NCBI RefSeq assembly: GCF_058153355.1
Contig: NZ_CM177019.1
Direction: 5' to 3' (one strand)
Length of the DNA: 64,000 nt
This document shows positions 1 through 10,996 of this stretch, piece by piece (within the stretch, counting starts at the first letter, position 1; every line of letters begins with the position of its first letter). The notes beneath the pieces were generated by a model. The model ran no database searches and was not told the origin of the DNA. It worked only from the letters and a program-made list of their open reading frames with translations. Made by a program: the position numbers and the translations under genes.

Positions 1-729
1 TGCATGTTGATTACCTGTCGCGTCGATCACTTTCTGCGCCAGCGAACCACCAAACTGCGCCCGCAGCTGCGCGTCAAAATCTTCGGCTGACGGGTCCAGC
101 ACGGGCAACTCCAGACGCGTTGCCACATGTTCTCGGCGTGCCGGACTGGTATCCGCCACCACCACCTGTGCGCCATCAGCTTTAGCGATTGCCGCCGCGC
201 CCAGACCGATTGGCCCCGCCCCGACCACCAGCACCTGCTCGCCGGGAGCAATGGCTGCACGACGCACCGCATGTGCGCTAATAGCGAAAGGTTCAATCAA
301 TGCTGCCGCCTGCGGGTCAATACCGTCTGCGGGCAAAATGTTCGCCACCGGCACGCTCAAATACTCACTAAAACCACCATCCTGATGCACGCCAATAACT
401 GAAATTTTTTCACAGCAATTGGTGCGACCGCTTTTACATGCCGGGCATTGCTGACAGGCAACATAAGGGATCACAGCAACTTGCTGACCATTTTTAAGAT
501 CAGCAATATTTTTACCCAGCCCAACAATCTCCCCACATATTTCATGGCCTAAAACGCGTGGATAACTAAAAAATGGTTGATTTCCACCCCAGGCATGAAT
601 ATCGGTACCGCAAATCCCGACAGACTTAATTTTTATTAATGCTTCATTGTCACCCGGAATAGGTATCTCGCGTTGTTTCCAGACTAATTCTTTCGGCTGC
701 TGGCAAATTAAAACATTCATCGTAGACAT
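1..729 (-). CDS. lgoD: L-galactonate-5-dehydrogenase-like zinc-binding alcohol dehydrogenase, N-terminal part (3' end beyond window start)
   Basis: Minus-strand frame open from ATG at 729-727 (GGAGAG RBS upstream) to window edge; hand translation MSTMNVLICQQPKELVWKQ..., GHE zinc motif and GAGPIGLG Rossmann motif. Absent from ORF track because no stop lies in the window. Divergent from lgoR as in K-12. Confidence 0.85.
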   Translation of the reverse strand, partial: MSTMNVLICQQPKELVWKQREIPIPGDNEALIKIKSVGICGTDIHAWGGNQPFFSYPRVLGHEICGEIVGLGKNIADLKNGQQVAVIPYVACQQCPACKSGRTNCCEKISVIGVHQDGGFSEYLSVPVANILPADGIDPQAAALIEPFAISAHAVRRAAIAPGEQVLVVGAGPIGLGAAAIAKADGAQVVVADTSPARREHVATRLELPVLDPSAEDFDAQLRAQFGGSLAQKVIDATGNQHA

Positions 730-867
730 GATTCGGCTCTCCATTTTTTGTTGCCTTAGATATCAATGAAAATGAAAAATGGCAGCGGAACGGAAAATCT
801 GTTTTGTGAAAACACACGCATAAAAATGTTTTAAATCGGGTTTTAATGGACTCACAAGGAGGAAAAT

Positions 868-1782
868 ATGAGTCGCTCACAAAATTTACGCCACAATGTG
901 ATTAACCAGGTCATTGATGATATGGCGCGAGGTCACATCCCTTCCCCACTTCCATCGCAAAGTGCGCTGGCGGAAATGTACAACATCAGCCGCACCACAG
1001 TGCGTCATATTCTCAGCCACTTACGCGAATGCGGCGTCTTGACGCAGGTTGGAAACGACTATGTTATTGCGCGTAAACCTGACCATGATGACGGTTTCGC
1101 CTGTACTACCGCTTCAATGAGTGAACAAAACAAAGTGTTTGAGCAGGCTTTTTTTACGATGATAAACCAGCGCCAGTTACGCCCAGGGGAAACTTTTTCT
1201 GAACTGCAACTGGCTCGGGCCGCGGGTGTCAGCCCGGTGGTTGTAAGAGAATATCTTTTAAAATTCGGTCGTTATAATCTTATTCAGAGCGAAAAGCGCG
1301 GCCAGTGGAGCATGAAGCAATTCGATCAATCCTACGCCGAGCAGCTGTTTGAGCTACGCGAAATGCTCGAAACGCATTCACTTCAGCACTTTCTCAACCT
1401 GCCTGATCATGATCCCCGCTGGCTGCAGGCGAAAACCATGCTCGAACGTCATCGACTACTGCGTGACAACATCGGCAATAGCTTTCGCATGTTCTCGCAA
1501 CTTGACAGAGATTTTCACTCCTTACTGCTTTCAGCTGCCGATAATATCTTTTTTGATCAATCGCTTGAGATCATCTCAGTCATCTTTCATTTTCACTATC
1601 AATGGGACGAAAGCGATCTTAAACAGCGCAATATCATTGCCGTCGATGAGCATATGACCATTCTCAGCGCTCTGATTTGCCGCAGTGACCTGGATGCCAC
1701 CCTTGCGCTCCGTAACCATTTGAATTCAGCTAAACAATCAATGATTCGATCCATTAATGAGAACACGCGTTATGCTCATTAA
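868..1782 (+). CDS. lgoR: GntR/FadR-family transcriptional regulator of L-galactonate catabolism
   Basis: 304-aa ORF with AAGGAGG RBS; N-terminal GntR-type winged helix, FadR-like C-terminal domain; position between lgoD and lgoT. Confidence 0.85.
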   Translation: MSRSQNLRHNVINQVIDDMARGHIPSPLPSQSALAEMYNISRTTVRHILSHLRECGVLTQVGNDYVIARKPDHDDGFACTTASMSEQNKVFEQAFFTMINQRQLRPGETFSELQLARAAGVSPVVVREYLLKFGRYNLIQSEKRGQWSMKQFDQSYAEQLFELREMLETHSLQHFLNLPDHDPRWLQAKTMLERHRLLRDNIGNSFRMFSQLDRDFHSLLLSAADNIFFDQSLEIISVIFHFHYQWDESDLKQRNIIAVDEHMTILSALICRSDLDATLALRNHLNSAKQSMIRSINENTRYAH

Positions 1783-1995
1783 GTACGGATTAAAAACAGC
1801 AAACTATTAGCGGGTGCACGGTTTTATCAAAAGATAAATACCGGAAAATTCCGCTTACCTATGCTCACAATCAGTCGACTAAAAATGTTTTTGTGAGCGG
1901 TAGTAAAGTCCTAAAACTTTTACCTGCCGTTAATGTCAACCTTGCGTAATGCACAATTACGTAAACAATTAAAATTATAAATACAGGAGTCCGGC

Positions 1996-3357
1996 GTGGA
2001 AAAAGAAAATATCACCCTCGATCCGCGTTCTTCATTTACTCCATCTTCGTCGGCAGATATTCCCGTGCCACCAGATGGATTAGTTCAACGCAGTACCCGA
2101 ATTAAACGCATTCAAACCACCGCCATGTTGTTATTATTTTTTGCGGCGGTAATCAATTATCTCGACCGCAGTTCACTGTCGGTAGCAAATTTAACGATTC
2201 GTGAAGAATTGGGATTAAGTGCCACCGAAATCGGCGCTTTGCTCTCCGTGTTTTCACTCGCTTACGGGATTGCGCAACTTCCTTGCGGCCCACTATTGGA
2301 TCGTAAAGGCCCGCGCCTGATGCTGGGACTGGGGATGTTCTTCTGGTCACTGTTCCAGGCAATGTCTGGCATGGTGCACAGCTTTACGCAGTTCGTGTTG
2401 GTGCGTATCGGTATGGGGATTGGTGAAGCGCCGATGAACCCATGCGGTGTAAAAGTCATTAACGACTGGTTCAACATCAAAGAGCGCGGACGCCCGATGG
2501 GCTTCTTCAACGCAGCTTCTACCATTGGCGTTGCCGTAAGCCCACCGATTCTGGCGGCGATGATGCTGGTGATGGGCTGGCGCGGGATGTTTATTACCAT
2601 TGGTGTACTGGGGATTTTTCTCGCCATTGGCTGGTATATGCTCTATCGCAACCGCGAGCACGTAGAACTGACTGCCGTTGAACAAGCCTATCTCAATGCC
2701 GGTAGCGTCAATGCCCGCCGTGATCCACTCAGTTTTGCTGAATGGCGCAGCCTGTTCCGTAACCGCACAATGTGGGGAATGATGCTCGGATTCAGTGGCA
2801 TCAATTACACTGCGTGGCTGTATCTGGCCTGGCTGCCAGGTTACCTGCAAACAGCCTATAATCTGGATTTAAAAAGCACCGGGTTGATGGCGGCTATCCC
2901 TTTCCTGTTTGGGGCTGCCGGGATGCTGGTCAATGGTTACGTTACCGACTGGCTGGTCAAAGGAGGAATGGCTCCGATTAAAAGCCGTAAGATCTGCATT
3001 ATTGCCGGGATGTTCTGTTCTGCCGCCTTTACGCTGGTAGTACCGCAAGCGACAACATCCATGACAGCGGTTCTGCTGATTGGCATGGCACTGTTCTGTA
3101 TTCACTTTGCTGGAACATCCTGCTGGGGATTGATCCACGTCGCTGTCGCTTCTCGCATGACTGCATCGGTGGGCAGTATCCAGAACTTTGCCAGCTTCAT
3201 CTGCGCCTCTTTCGCGCCGATCATTACTGGTTTTATTGTCGATACCACCCACTCATTCCGTCTGGCGCTAATCATCTGCGGTTGCGTCACCGCGGCGGGT
3301 GCACTGGCATACATCTTCCTGGTTCGTCAGCCGATCAACGACCCACGTAAAGATTAA
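1996..3357 (+). CDS. lgoT: MFS transporter, L-galactonate:H+ symporter
   Basis: 453-aa multi-TM MFS protein, GTG start after ACAGGAG RBS; length and position match K-12 YjjL/LgoT. Confidence 0.85.
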   Translation: MEKENITLDPRSSFTPSSSADIPVPPDGLVQRSTRIKRIQTTAMLLLFFAAVINYLDRSSLSVANLTIREELGLSATEIGALLSVFSLAYGIAQLPCGPLLDRKGPRLMLGLGMFFWSLFQAMSGMVHSFTQFVLVRIGMGIGEAPMNPCGVKVINDWFNIKERGRPMGFFNAASTIGVAVSPPILAAMMLVMGWRGMFITIGVLGIFLAIGWYMLYRNREHVELTAVEQAYLNAGSVNARRDPLSFAEWRSLFRNRTMWGMMLGFSGINYTAWLYLAWLPGYLQTAYNLDLKSTGLMAAIPFLFGAAGMLVNGYVTDWLVKGGMAPIKSRKICIIAGMFCSAAFTLVVPQATTSMTAVLLIGMALFCIHFAGTSCWGLIHVAVASRMTASVGSIQNFASFICASFAPIITGFIVDTTHSFRLALIICGCVTAAGALAYIFLVRQPINDPRKD

Positions 3358-3366
3358 TTTCCCTAT

Positions 3367-3399
3367 GCCCGATAACATTTTGCTTATCGGGCATTTTTA
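3367..3399. terminator. Hairpin terminator between convergent lgoT and tsr
   Basis: Inverted repeat gcccgataa / ttatcgggc followed by ATTTTTA on the plus strand. Confidence 0.6.
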
Positions 3400-3405
3400 T
3401 GGCGA

Positions 3406-5070
3406 TTAAAACGTTTCCCAGTTCTCTCCGCTATCTGCCACTGCCACTTTGCGCGGCGCAGATGGCGTCACAGTTTTTACTACTGCCGATGCTTCGCGCT
3501 GGCGTTGCTGCTCTTGCTGAATCCGGAACACTGCCACAGCTTCGGTCAGGCGACTGGCCTGCTCCTCCAGCGCGGCGGCGGCGGCGGCAGATTCTTCCAC
3601 CAGCGCGGCGTTTTGTTGGGTTACCCGGTCCATCTCAGCTACTGCTAAGCCAACCTGATCGATACCACGGCTCTGCTCATCAGAAGCCGAAGCAATTTCG
3701 CCCATAATGTCCGTCACGCGGGTCACAGCGCTGACAATCTCTGCCATGGTTTCCCCGGCGCTTTCGACCAGCGTAGAGCCAACATCCACTTTGCCCACCG
3801 AGTCTTCAATCAGGCTTTTAATTTCGCGAGCCGCCTGAGCGCTACGCTGGGCCAGATTACGCACTTCTCCCGCAACCACCGCAAAACCGCGCCCTTGCTC
3901 ACCCGCACGCGCTGCTTCAACCGCCGCGTTCAAAGCCAGAATATTGGTCTGGAAGGCAATGCCGTCAATTACGCTGATAATATCGGCGATTTTCTGCGAA
4001 CTGGTGGAGATATCGCGCATGGTCTGCACCACGTTATCCACCACTTTGCCGCCGCGTTGCGCCGTTTCGGAAGCACTTAACGCCAGGTGGCTGGCCTGAC
4101 GCGCATTTTCGGCGTTCTGCTTCACCGTTGCGGTCAGTTGCTCCATGCTGGCTGCCGTCTCTTCCAGCGAAGCGGCCTGTTGCTCGGTGCGCGAAGAAAG
4201 ATCGTTATTGCCGGTGGCGATTTCGCTGGCACCGCTATAGATAGCATTGGCCCCGTTGCGCACATCACCGACGGTACGCATCAGCTCTCCCTGCATATGG
4301 CGCAAACTCTCTGCCAGTTGCCCCATCTCATTAGAACCATCCACCTCAATCGGTTTCACCAGATCGCCACCTGCAATATGACGAATGCTGTCAATCAGGC
4401 GATTCATTGGCGCTACCAACGAGGCTTTAATACCGAACCAGACGGCGAAGATGACTGCCAGTACGACGATCATCACGCCCACCAGAATCCACATCGCCTG
4501 GCTGTAGGAGGCATTATTATCGCTGACGGCGATATCATAGAGCCGATCGTTTTGCTCCATGTAAGCCACATACTGCTTCTCGAAACCGTCCTGATATCCC
4601 TGAGTCGGCTGATCAAAGAATTCGTTGATTTTGCCTGCACCTAACAGTTGGATCAGTTCCGCCAGCGCATTGTGATAAATATCGTAATTACGTTTGATCT
4701 CTGCCGCTGCGGCGGTGCTCTGACGCGGGTCACGCGGCAATGCTTCGTAATCCGCCCAGTTTTTTTCCGCCTGTTTCAGCGAAATACTGGCACTCTGCAT
4801 CAGCTCGGCAACGGTTGAACCGCTACCAATATTGTTCTGATCCATCATGTAGCGGATCCCCGCGCGGTTGAGGGTGTTACGCGTCTGTAACAACGCGACC
4901 CAGCTGCCATTCAGCGTGGATTGCTGCTGGCGAATGGTTTGTAAAACAGTGAAATTTTCTTTGTCATTCTTTAAGGCATTAAAGAACAGACCGCCTGATG
5001 TCAGTTGTAAAAGGCCAAAAACGGCCAAAACCAGCAGTAAGCTGGTCACGATCTTGATACGTTTTAACAT
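3406..5070 (-). CDS. tsr: Methyl-accepting chemotaxis protein I (serine chemoreceptor)
   Basis: [14 protein letters not shown]-terminus, periplasmic ligand domain, conserved MCP signalling region ([32 protein letters not shown]), C-terminal NWETF. Start taken at Met6 of the listed ORF. Confidence 0.95.
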   Translation of the reverse strand: MLKRIKIVTSLLLVLAVFGLLQLTSGGLFFNALKNDKENFTVLQTIRQQQSTLNGSWVALLQTRNTLNRAGIRYMMDQNNIGSGSTVAELMQSASISLKQAEKNWADYEALPRDPRQSTAAAAEIKRNYDIYHNALAELIQLLGAGKINEFFDQPTQGYQDGFEKQYVAYMEQNDRLYDIAVSDNNASYSQAMWILVGVMIVVLAVIFAVWFGIKASLVAPMNRLIDSIRHIAGGDLVKPIEVDGSNEMGQLAESLRHMQGELMRTVGDVRNGANAIYSGASEIATGNNDLSSRTEQQAASLEETAASMEQLTATVKQNAENARQASHLALSASETAQRGGKVVDNVVQTMRDISTSSQKIADIISVIDGIAFQTNILALNAAVEAARAGEQGRGFAVVAGEVRNLAQRSAQAAREIKSLIEDSVGKVDVGSTLVESAGETMAEIVSAVTRVTDIMGEIASASDEQSRGIDQVGLAVAEMDRVTQQNAALVEESAAAAAALEEQASRLTEAVAVFRIQQEQQRQREASAVVKTVTPSAPRKVAVADSGENWETF

Positions 5071-5101
5071 GGTTTCTCTTTCCACTAGACAGATACACTG
5101 G

Positions 5102-5128
5102 TTGTCGGCCTGGTGGTGGAAAACTTTA
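5102..5128 (-). promoter_or_regulatory. sigma28 (FliA) class-III flagellar promoter of tsr
   Basis: Minus strand reads TAAAGTTT-N11-GCCGACAA, near-perfect match to FliA consensus TAAAGTTT-N11-GCCGATAA, about 30 nt upstream of the tsr start. Confidence 0.7.
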
Positions 5129-5209
5129 TGCTGTGGAAAAGCGTCGGCACTGCTTTTGTTGCAGCAAACTTGCGTTTTTTGTGAGGGTCACACTCTATAG
5201 CGGCAGTTT

Positions 5210-6115
5210 ATGGTACAAAGTATCAATCTTCTTCGAACCAGTGATACTCCCATGGCTTATAGCATCGATATCATCTCCTGTATTACCGAACGGTTTATGG
5301 CGTTAACCGCCACTGAAAAGCGTATCGCACAATTTATTCTTGATGACGTCTCTGCCGCAGTAGAGTTGCCAATTGCTGAGCTGGCACGGTTAACGCAAAC
5401 CAGTCAGGCGTCGGTGACGCGTTTTGCCCGTGCTCTGGGGTGCAAAGATGTCCGCGAGTTGAAAGTCAAACTGGCGCAGTCACTGGCTGTCGGGCAGCGG
5501 TTTATTCTCGATGTACCGGATCTTGACGGTGTTCAGGGGATCTACGAAGCGATTATTAGCGTGCTGGAAACGCATCGTCGTTCGCTGGATATGAATGCCA
5601 TCAGCCAGGCTGTAAGCTGGTTAAGTCAGGCGCGGCAAATTCTTGCGTTAGGAACTGGCGGCGGTTCCACTATCTGTTCACAGGAGATTCAGTACCGTTT
5701 ATTCCGTCTGGGGCTACCGGTGGTCAGTCAGAATGATGCCCTGATGATGAGAATGATGTGCTCGGCAGTGATGCCGCAGGATGTGGTGATTGTGCTGTCG
5801 CTGGGCGGTTATACACCGGAAATCATCGAAAGTGCGGCAATCGCCCGTCAGTATGGCGCGCGTGTTATTGCCATTACGCCAGCACAAACACCGCTGGCAG
5901 AACAGGTAGATCTGGTATTGCCGTTACTGGTTCAGGAGAGTGATTACATTTTTAAGCCCACCCCTTCCCGCTACGCGATGTTAGCCATGGTCGATGTACT
6001 GGCAACAGAACTGGCAATGGCAAATAAAGCGCAGGCGAAAGATCGCCTGCGGCGGATAAAACTGGTGTTAGACAGCCACCGTGGGGGCGCTAACCGCCAG
6101 CCACTTGGCGATTAG
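5210..6115 (+). CDS. RpiR/MurR-family transcriptional regulator (HTH_6 plus SIS sugar-phosphate-binding domain)
   Basis: HTH segment LARLTQTSQASVTRFARALGCKDVRELK; SIS-like ILALGTGGGS; start uncertain (Met at 5210, 5252 or 5297). Confidence 0.75.
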   Translation: MVQSINLLRTSDTPMAYSIDIISCITERFMALTATEKRIAQFILDDVSAAVELPIAELARLTQTSQASVTRFARALGCKDVRELKVKLAQSLAVGQRFILDVPDLDGVQGIYEAIISVLETHRRSLDMNAISQAVSWLSQARQILALGTGGGSTICSQEIQYRLFRLGLPVVSQNDALMMRMMCSAVMPQDVVIVLSLGGYTPEIIESAAIARQYGARVIAITPAQTPLAEQVDLVLPLLVQESDYIFKPTPSRYAMLAMVDVLATELAMANKAQAKDRLRRIKLVLDSHRGGANRQPLGD

Positions 6116-6124
6116 CATTGTCGG

Positions 6125-7594
6125 TTATGCTTCTTCAGGTTTGGTGATCACGACACTCTGGTTTTCACGCTCATTGGTGATAATAGCCAAAGCTTCTTCC
6201 CGGCTGACCTGACTTGCTGGCGTTACCAACGTCACCAGTACGCCAGCGACCAGGCTGCCCAGCACTGACGGAATACACGGGTTACCCCAGTAAGCCAGCC
6301 AGTCGGCATTCATCAGCACCACAATTGACATCACCATACCGCTCACTAACGCCGCCAGCGCGCCCTGCCAGTTAAAGCGTAGCCAGAAGCGACCGAGAAT
6401 CGAGCAGATAAACAGCCCGGACATCAGCATCGAAATCATTTTGGTAATGTAGCTGATGATGTCATTAGAGGTCAGAGCAAAGACCAGCGCCAGGCCAATA
6501 ACAAAGGTCAACATCCAGCGTGAGTAAGTAATGGCCTTGTCCTCCGGCGGCATTCTGCCGGTAATCATGGTGTAGACGTCGCGCATCATAATCGCCACCG
6601 CCGCGATGGCATCGGAGCTGGCGGAAGACATGGTGGCTGAAAGCCCGGCAATCAGCACCACCAGCCCAAGAATGGCAGGTAAGAAACTGGTCGCGAACAA
6701 GAAGGCGTAGTTGCTGTTTTCCAGATTTGGGTTCATGGTGAACGCCGCCATGCCGATAATGGCAGGCAGAATCGAGAAGAACAGATACAACACGCCAGTA
6801 ATAACAAATGAACGCCGTACAGAGGGAACGTCTTTTCCCGAGTAAATACGCTGGCGATAAGACGGTGTTGCCAGCACACCTACGCCAATAACCAGTGCCA
6901 GCGAAAGCGCAGGCAGCACGCCCATTTTATCAATCGCAAACAGGCTCATCGCTTTTGGGTCCATCGCCTGCTCAATCGCACTCCAGCCGCCAACGTGAAC
7001 AACGGCAAGAATAGCCATTAATATAAAGCCAAAGAACAGAATTAGGGCCTGAATAGTATCTGTCCACACTACCGCCGAATAACCGCCGATAATAACGTAA
7101 ATCGCAAAGGCCAAAGCGATAATTAATTTTGCTACAGTAAGATCAATACCCGTCGCCCAGGCAAGATACATACTGCCACCTAATATATGCGCTCCCAGCC
7201 AGCCAATAGAGGCAATAAATATCATCAGGCCGACAATATTTTTAATTAAATGGCTGCCGCCAGTATAATAAGATATTTCTTCACTCATGGTCATAAAACG
7301 TAATTTACGTACCGGTGCAAACAGCCACGCCACCAGTAATATACCTACGGCCCCACCGACGCCATAAAGCATTCCGGCCCAGCCATTGCTGTAGCCAAAG
7401 CCCACTGCGCCCATACTGGAACCCGTGCCAACCATCGTGGCAACGGTTGACCCCAGCGTCAGAAACAGCGGCAGCGAACGCCCGCCCAGCAGAAAATCTT
7501 CTCCGCTTTTCTGATTACGAGAAACAAACCAACCAAGCCAAATCATGGCGATGGCATAAATAATAAAGCCGACTAAAAAGATATGACTGTTCAT
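6125..7594 (-). CDS. Sodium:solute symporter (SSS) family transporter
   Basis: 489-aa polytopic membrane protein with SSS-type N-terminal region (GGRSLPLFLTLGSTVATMVGTGSSMG). Confidence 0.75.
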   Translation of the reverse strand: MNSHIFLVGFIIYAIAMIWLGWFVSRNQKSGEDFLLGGRSLPLFLTLGSTVATMVGTGSSMGAVGFGYSNGWAGMLYGVGGAVGILLVAWLFAPVRKLRFMTMSEEISYYTGGSHLIKNIVGLMIFIASIGWLGAHILGGSMYLAWATGIDLTVAKLIIALAFAIYVIIGGYSAVVWTDTIQALILFFGFILMAILAVVHVGGWSAIEQAMDPKAMSLFAIDKMGVLPALSLALVIGVGVLATPSYRQRIYSGKDVPSVRRSFVITGVLYLFFSILPAIIGMAAFTMNPNLENSNYAFLFATSFLPAILGLVVLIAGLSATMSSASSDAIAAVAIMMRDVYTMITGRMPPEDKAITYSRWMLTFVIGLALVFALTSNDIISYITKMISMLMSGLFICSILGRFWLRFNWQGALAALVSGMVMSIVVLMNADWLAYWGNPCIPSVLGSLVAGVLVTLVTPASQVSREEALAIITNERENQSVVITKPEEA

Positions 7595-7696
7595 AATTCA
7601 CATCCTGCCAGTAGAGAGAAATTAATGTAAGAGTTCCCGGAGTGCTGAATGTATTCAGCACTCAATTGCGGTCTGTTTTTTTAATTCTTAAATTTA

Positions 7697-8092
7697 TTAG
7701 CGGGTCGCGTTATAACAGGTCACATCGACTTCGACTTTACAATCGACAACCAGATCAGCCACACAACAAATACGTGCAGGCGGATTCTCGCCAAAAAATT
7801 CTCTGAATACTTTATTAAATGACTGGAAATAGCGGGCGTCGGTCAGGATCACTTTCACGTGAACCACATCCGCCAGGCTATAACCGGCTTCAGTCATGAT
7901 GTCGACACAGTTTTGGATCGCCAGTCGTGACTGTTCAACGATTCCGCCTTCTACCACTTCACCGTTTTTCATGGGTGTTTGCCCGGAGACGTACAGCCAG
8001 CCGCCCGCCTCAACCGCCCTGGCAAAAGGCAAATGCTGCCCGCCAGTGCCTGTTCCACCTTCCGTACCGTAACGTTTAATGCTCATATTCAC
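7697..8092 (-). CDS. RidA/YjgF-family reactive enamine/imine deaminase
   Basis: 131-aa protein with RidA-fold signatures; 3 bp downstream of the aminoacylase gene. Confidence 0.8.
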   Translation of the reverse strand: MNMSIKRYGTEGGTGTGGQHLPFARAVEAGGWLYVSGQTPMKNGEVVEGGIVEQSRLAIQNCVDIMTEAGYSLADVVHVKVILTDARYFQSFNKVFREFFGENPPARICCVADLVVDCKVEVDVTCYNATR

Positions 8093-8095
8093 TCC

Positions 8096-9547
8096 TTAAT
8101 GTGAGGTCTGCCGGCGCAGGAAGCGTCCCGCACGGCCTGTAATGTGTTTATCGCGACCATAGCTCATAACGCCGTTCACCATCACCGCCTCAATGCCATC
8201 TGCCGGGCGTTTGGGATCAGAAAAGCTGGCAACATCACGAATGGTTTGTGGATCGAACAACACCAGGTCCGCAAAATAGCCAACTTTCACCAGTCCACGC
8301 TGGGGCAGGCGAAAACGGCTGGCAGAAAGCCCGGTCATTTTGTGGATAGCCGTGGTCAGTGGGAATAAGCCTTCATCACGGCAATAGTGGCCCAGCACGC
8401 GAGGGAAGGCGCCCCATAAACGTGGATGCGGCATGGGATCATTGGGCAGGCCGTCAGAGCCAATCATACTGACCGGATAACTCAACACTCGGCGGACGTC
8501 GCGCTCGTCCATGTTGTAATAGATAGCCCCGGCAGGCATTAGCAGCTTCGCGGCCTCCAGCATACTCATCTGCCAGTCGATGGCGATTTGCGCCAGTGTT
8601 TTCCCGGCCTGCTGCGGATGTGTTTGTGACCAGGTGATCACAATATCGAATTCGTCGGTGACTTGTTTGAGATCCAGCGTTGAAGAGCTGGCTGAGTAAG
8701 GGTAGACATCGCAGCCAATTTCCTGGTGTTGACGCATTTGGTCAAAAAAAGCCAATGTTTCTTTTGTCCGCCCCCAGTTTTTCGCCCCGGCGCATTTATG
8801 GTGGGAAACCACGATAGGCACTTTGCCATGACGCCCAATACGAAACGCCTCATCCAGGGCATCGAGAATCGGTTCAAATTCAGAACGCAGATGGGTGGTA
8901 TAAACGCCCTTCTCACCGGCTAATTCTTCCGCCAGCGCCATGACTTCTTCGGTAGTCGCCTGAAATGCCGTTGCATAGGCCAGCCCGGAACTTAACCCCA
9001 GCGCCCCCTGACTCAACGCCAGACGTAAGTCGGCACGCATAGCGGCAATTTCATCCACCGTCGCCGGGCGAAACAGGTCGTCCATATGGTTATTACGCAG
9101 CGCCGTATGACCAATCAGCGTGCCAACGTTCAGTGACGGCCTGGCTGCTTCCACTGCCTGGGCATAGCTTTCAACGGTGGGATAAATAAAGTGCTCTGCT
9201 TCCCCCAACAGATTCATCGGGTCAGGAACTTCACCTTTCATTTTCGCCGACGCCGCACTAATCCCGCAGTTACCGACAATCACCGTAGTGATCCCCTGGC
9301 TGATCTTTGGCAGATATTCCGGGATGCGAATAACGTTGATATCGTCATGGGTATGAACGTCGATAAACCCTGGTGCCAGCACCCGCCCTTCCCCGTCAAT
9401 GACCTGCTGCGCCGTAACGTTAAGCGCAGGGGCAATATCGACAATCCGATCACCTGTTATTGCCACGTCACCGCGAAATTCAGGGCCGCCGCTACCGTCG
9501 ATAACGGTCACATTTTTGATTAACCAGTCAACCTGCATGTTCGTCAC
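8096..9547 (-). CDS. N-acyl-D-amino-acid deacylase (D-aminoacylase) family amidohydrolase
   Basis: 483 aa; metal-binding HTHDD motif near N-terminus, GNCG segment, length typical of D-aminoacylases. Confidence 0.75.
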   Translation of the reverse strand: MTNMQVDWLIKNVTVIDGSGGPEFRGDVAITGDRIVDIAPALNVTAQQVIDGEGRVLAPGFIDVHTHDDINVIRIPEYLPKISQGITTVIVGNCGISAASAKMKGEVPDPMNLLGEAEHFIYPTVESYAQAVEAARPSLNVGTLIGHTALRNNHMDDLFRPATVDEIAAMRADLRLALSQGALGLSSGLAYATAFQATTEEVMALAEELAGEKGVYTTHLRSEFEPILDALDEAFRIGRHGKVPIVVSHHKCAGAKNWGRTKETLAFFDQMRQHQEIGCDVYPYSASSSTLDLKQVTDEFDIVITWSQTHPQQAGKTLAQIAIDWQMSMLEAAKLLMPAGAIYYNMDERDVRRVLSYPVSMIGSDGLPNDPMPHPRLWGAFPRVLGHYCRDEGLFPLTTAIHKMTGLSASRFRLPQRGLVKVGYFADLVLFDPQTIRDVASFSDPKRPADGIEAVMVNGVMSYGRDKHITGRAGRFLRRQTSH

Positions 9548-9738
9548 TCCATTTCTGCAATGGTGACAAGTTAACCATTTACAAGGACGAAAAACAGTGG
9601 AAAACTACGCAAAACCCAGATGATTTTATGATACTTTTATTCATAAACTATAAGATAAATAAACTAAATATTTATATTTCATTTAGTTACAAATGATACC
9701 CATATCCGATACGGTGAAAAACTTAAAAGGTAAATGTT

Positions 9739-10959
9739 ATGAAATACCACTCAGAACCTCTGGTTCCCCATAAATCGGCCCTGATGCAAATGCCCGCAAA
9801 TCTCCTTGCCGAAGATGTCTGTTTACCTGCCGCGATCATTAAAAAGCAGGCCCTGGAGAACAACATTACGTGGATGCAACGCTACGCTGACGCGCGCGGC
9901 GTTTCACTGGCACCGCACGGTAAAACCACCATGACGCCGTGGATTTTTCAGGCGCAGCAGGCGGCAGGCGCCTGGGCAATAGGTGTCGGTAGCGCATGGC
10001 AGGCTGGTGCGGCAATGGCGAGCGGTATTCAGCGTGTGCTGATGGTTAACCAGTTGATCGGCAAGGCAAATATGCAGTTGATTGCCCGGTTGCAACGACA
10101 TTACCCGACGGTCGATTTTATCTGCTGTATCGACAGCATTGAGAACGCCCGCGCTTTGTCTGCCTTTTTTGCCAGTCAGCAACAGACACTGAACGTGATG
10201 ATTGAGCTGGGTGTTCCCGGCGGACGCTGTGGTTGCCGCTCAACGGATGCAGCACTGGCACTGGCTAAACAGGCGGCCCAATTACCAGGGCTACGTCTGC
10301 GCGGGCTTGAGTTATATGAAGGTGTTTTACACGGTGACGATCCACAACCGCAGGTAGAAGCTCTGCTGCGGGATGCCGCACAACTGGCCTGTGATATGGC
10401 AAGTTTGGTTGATGGCGAGTTTATTCTCACCGGAGCAGGCACGGTCTGGTATGACGTGGTGTGCAATATCTGGCTGGCGGCAGAAAAGCCTGATAACTGC
10501 CGCATTGTTATTCGCCCTGGCTGCTACATCACTCACGACACCGGGATCTACGACGCGGCACAACAACAGTTGCTCGCCCGTGATCCTGTGGCCTGTGATC
10601 TGGCAGGCGATCTCACATCTGCGCTGGAACTGGTCGCCATGGTGCAATCGGTGCCGGAAGCTGATCGTGCGGTGGTAAATTTTGGTAAGCGTGATTGCGC
10701 CTTCGACGCCGGACTGCCGCAACCAGTCGCCCACTATCGCAACGGCAAATCACTGGCATTTGATCCACAGGCGATTCGCAGTACAGGTATTATGGATCAG
10801 CACTGCATGTTGCAACTGTCAGCTAATAGCGACGTGCAAGTGGGGGATATTCTGGTGTTTGGCACATCGCATCCGTGCCTGACCTTCGACAAATGGAAAA
10901 CGTTGTTATTGGCTGATGACGACTACAACGTACTGGCGGAATTAGACACTCTCTTCTAA
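9739..10959 (+). CDS. Alanine-racemase-fold PLP enzyme of the DSD1 / D-threonine aldolase / D-serine dehydratase-like family
   Basis: 406 aa; PLP-lysine motif APHGKT near N-terminus; divergent from the aminoacylase operon across an AT-rich 190-bp spacer. Confidence 0.7.
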   Translation: MKYHSEPLVPHKSALMQMPANLLAEDVCLPAAIIKKQALENNITWMQRYADARGVSLAPHGKTTMTPWIFQAQQAAGAWAIGVGSAWQAGAAMASGIQRVLMVNQLIGKANMQLIARLQRHYPTVDFICCIDSIENARALSAFFASQQQTLNVMIELGVPGGRCGCRSTDAALALAKQAAQLPGLRLRGLELYEGVLHGDDPQPQVEALLRDAAQLACDMASLVDGEFILTGAGTVWYDVVCNIWLAAEKPDNCRIVIRPGCYITHDTGIYDAAQQQLLARDPVACDLAGDLTSALELVAMVQSVPEADRAVVNFGKRDCAFDAGLPQPVAHYRNGKSLAFDPQAIRSTGIMDQHCMLQLSANSDVQVGDILVFGTSHPCLTFDKWKTLLLADDDYNVLAELDTLF

Positions 10960-10964
10960 GAATA

Positions 10965-10996
10965 CCCCTTCGGTTAATTATCGAAGGGGCATTTTT
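10965..10996 (+). terminator. Rho-independent terminator after the DSD1-like gene
   Basis: ccccttcg / cgaagggg stem followed by CATTTTTATT. Confidence 0.7.

Noticed and set aside
4087-4644. 185-aa plus-strand ORF
   Set aside because: Antisense within tsr; no support.
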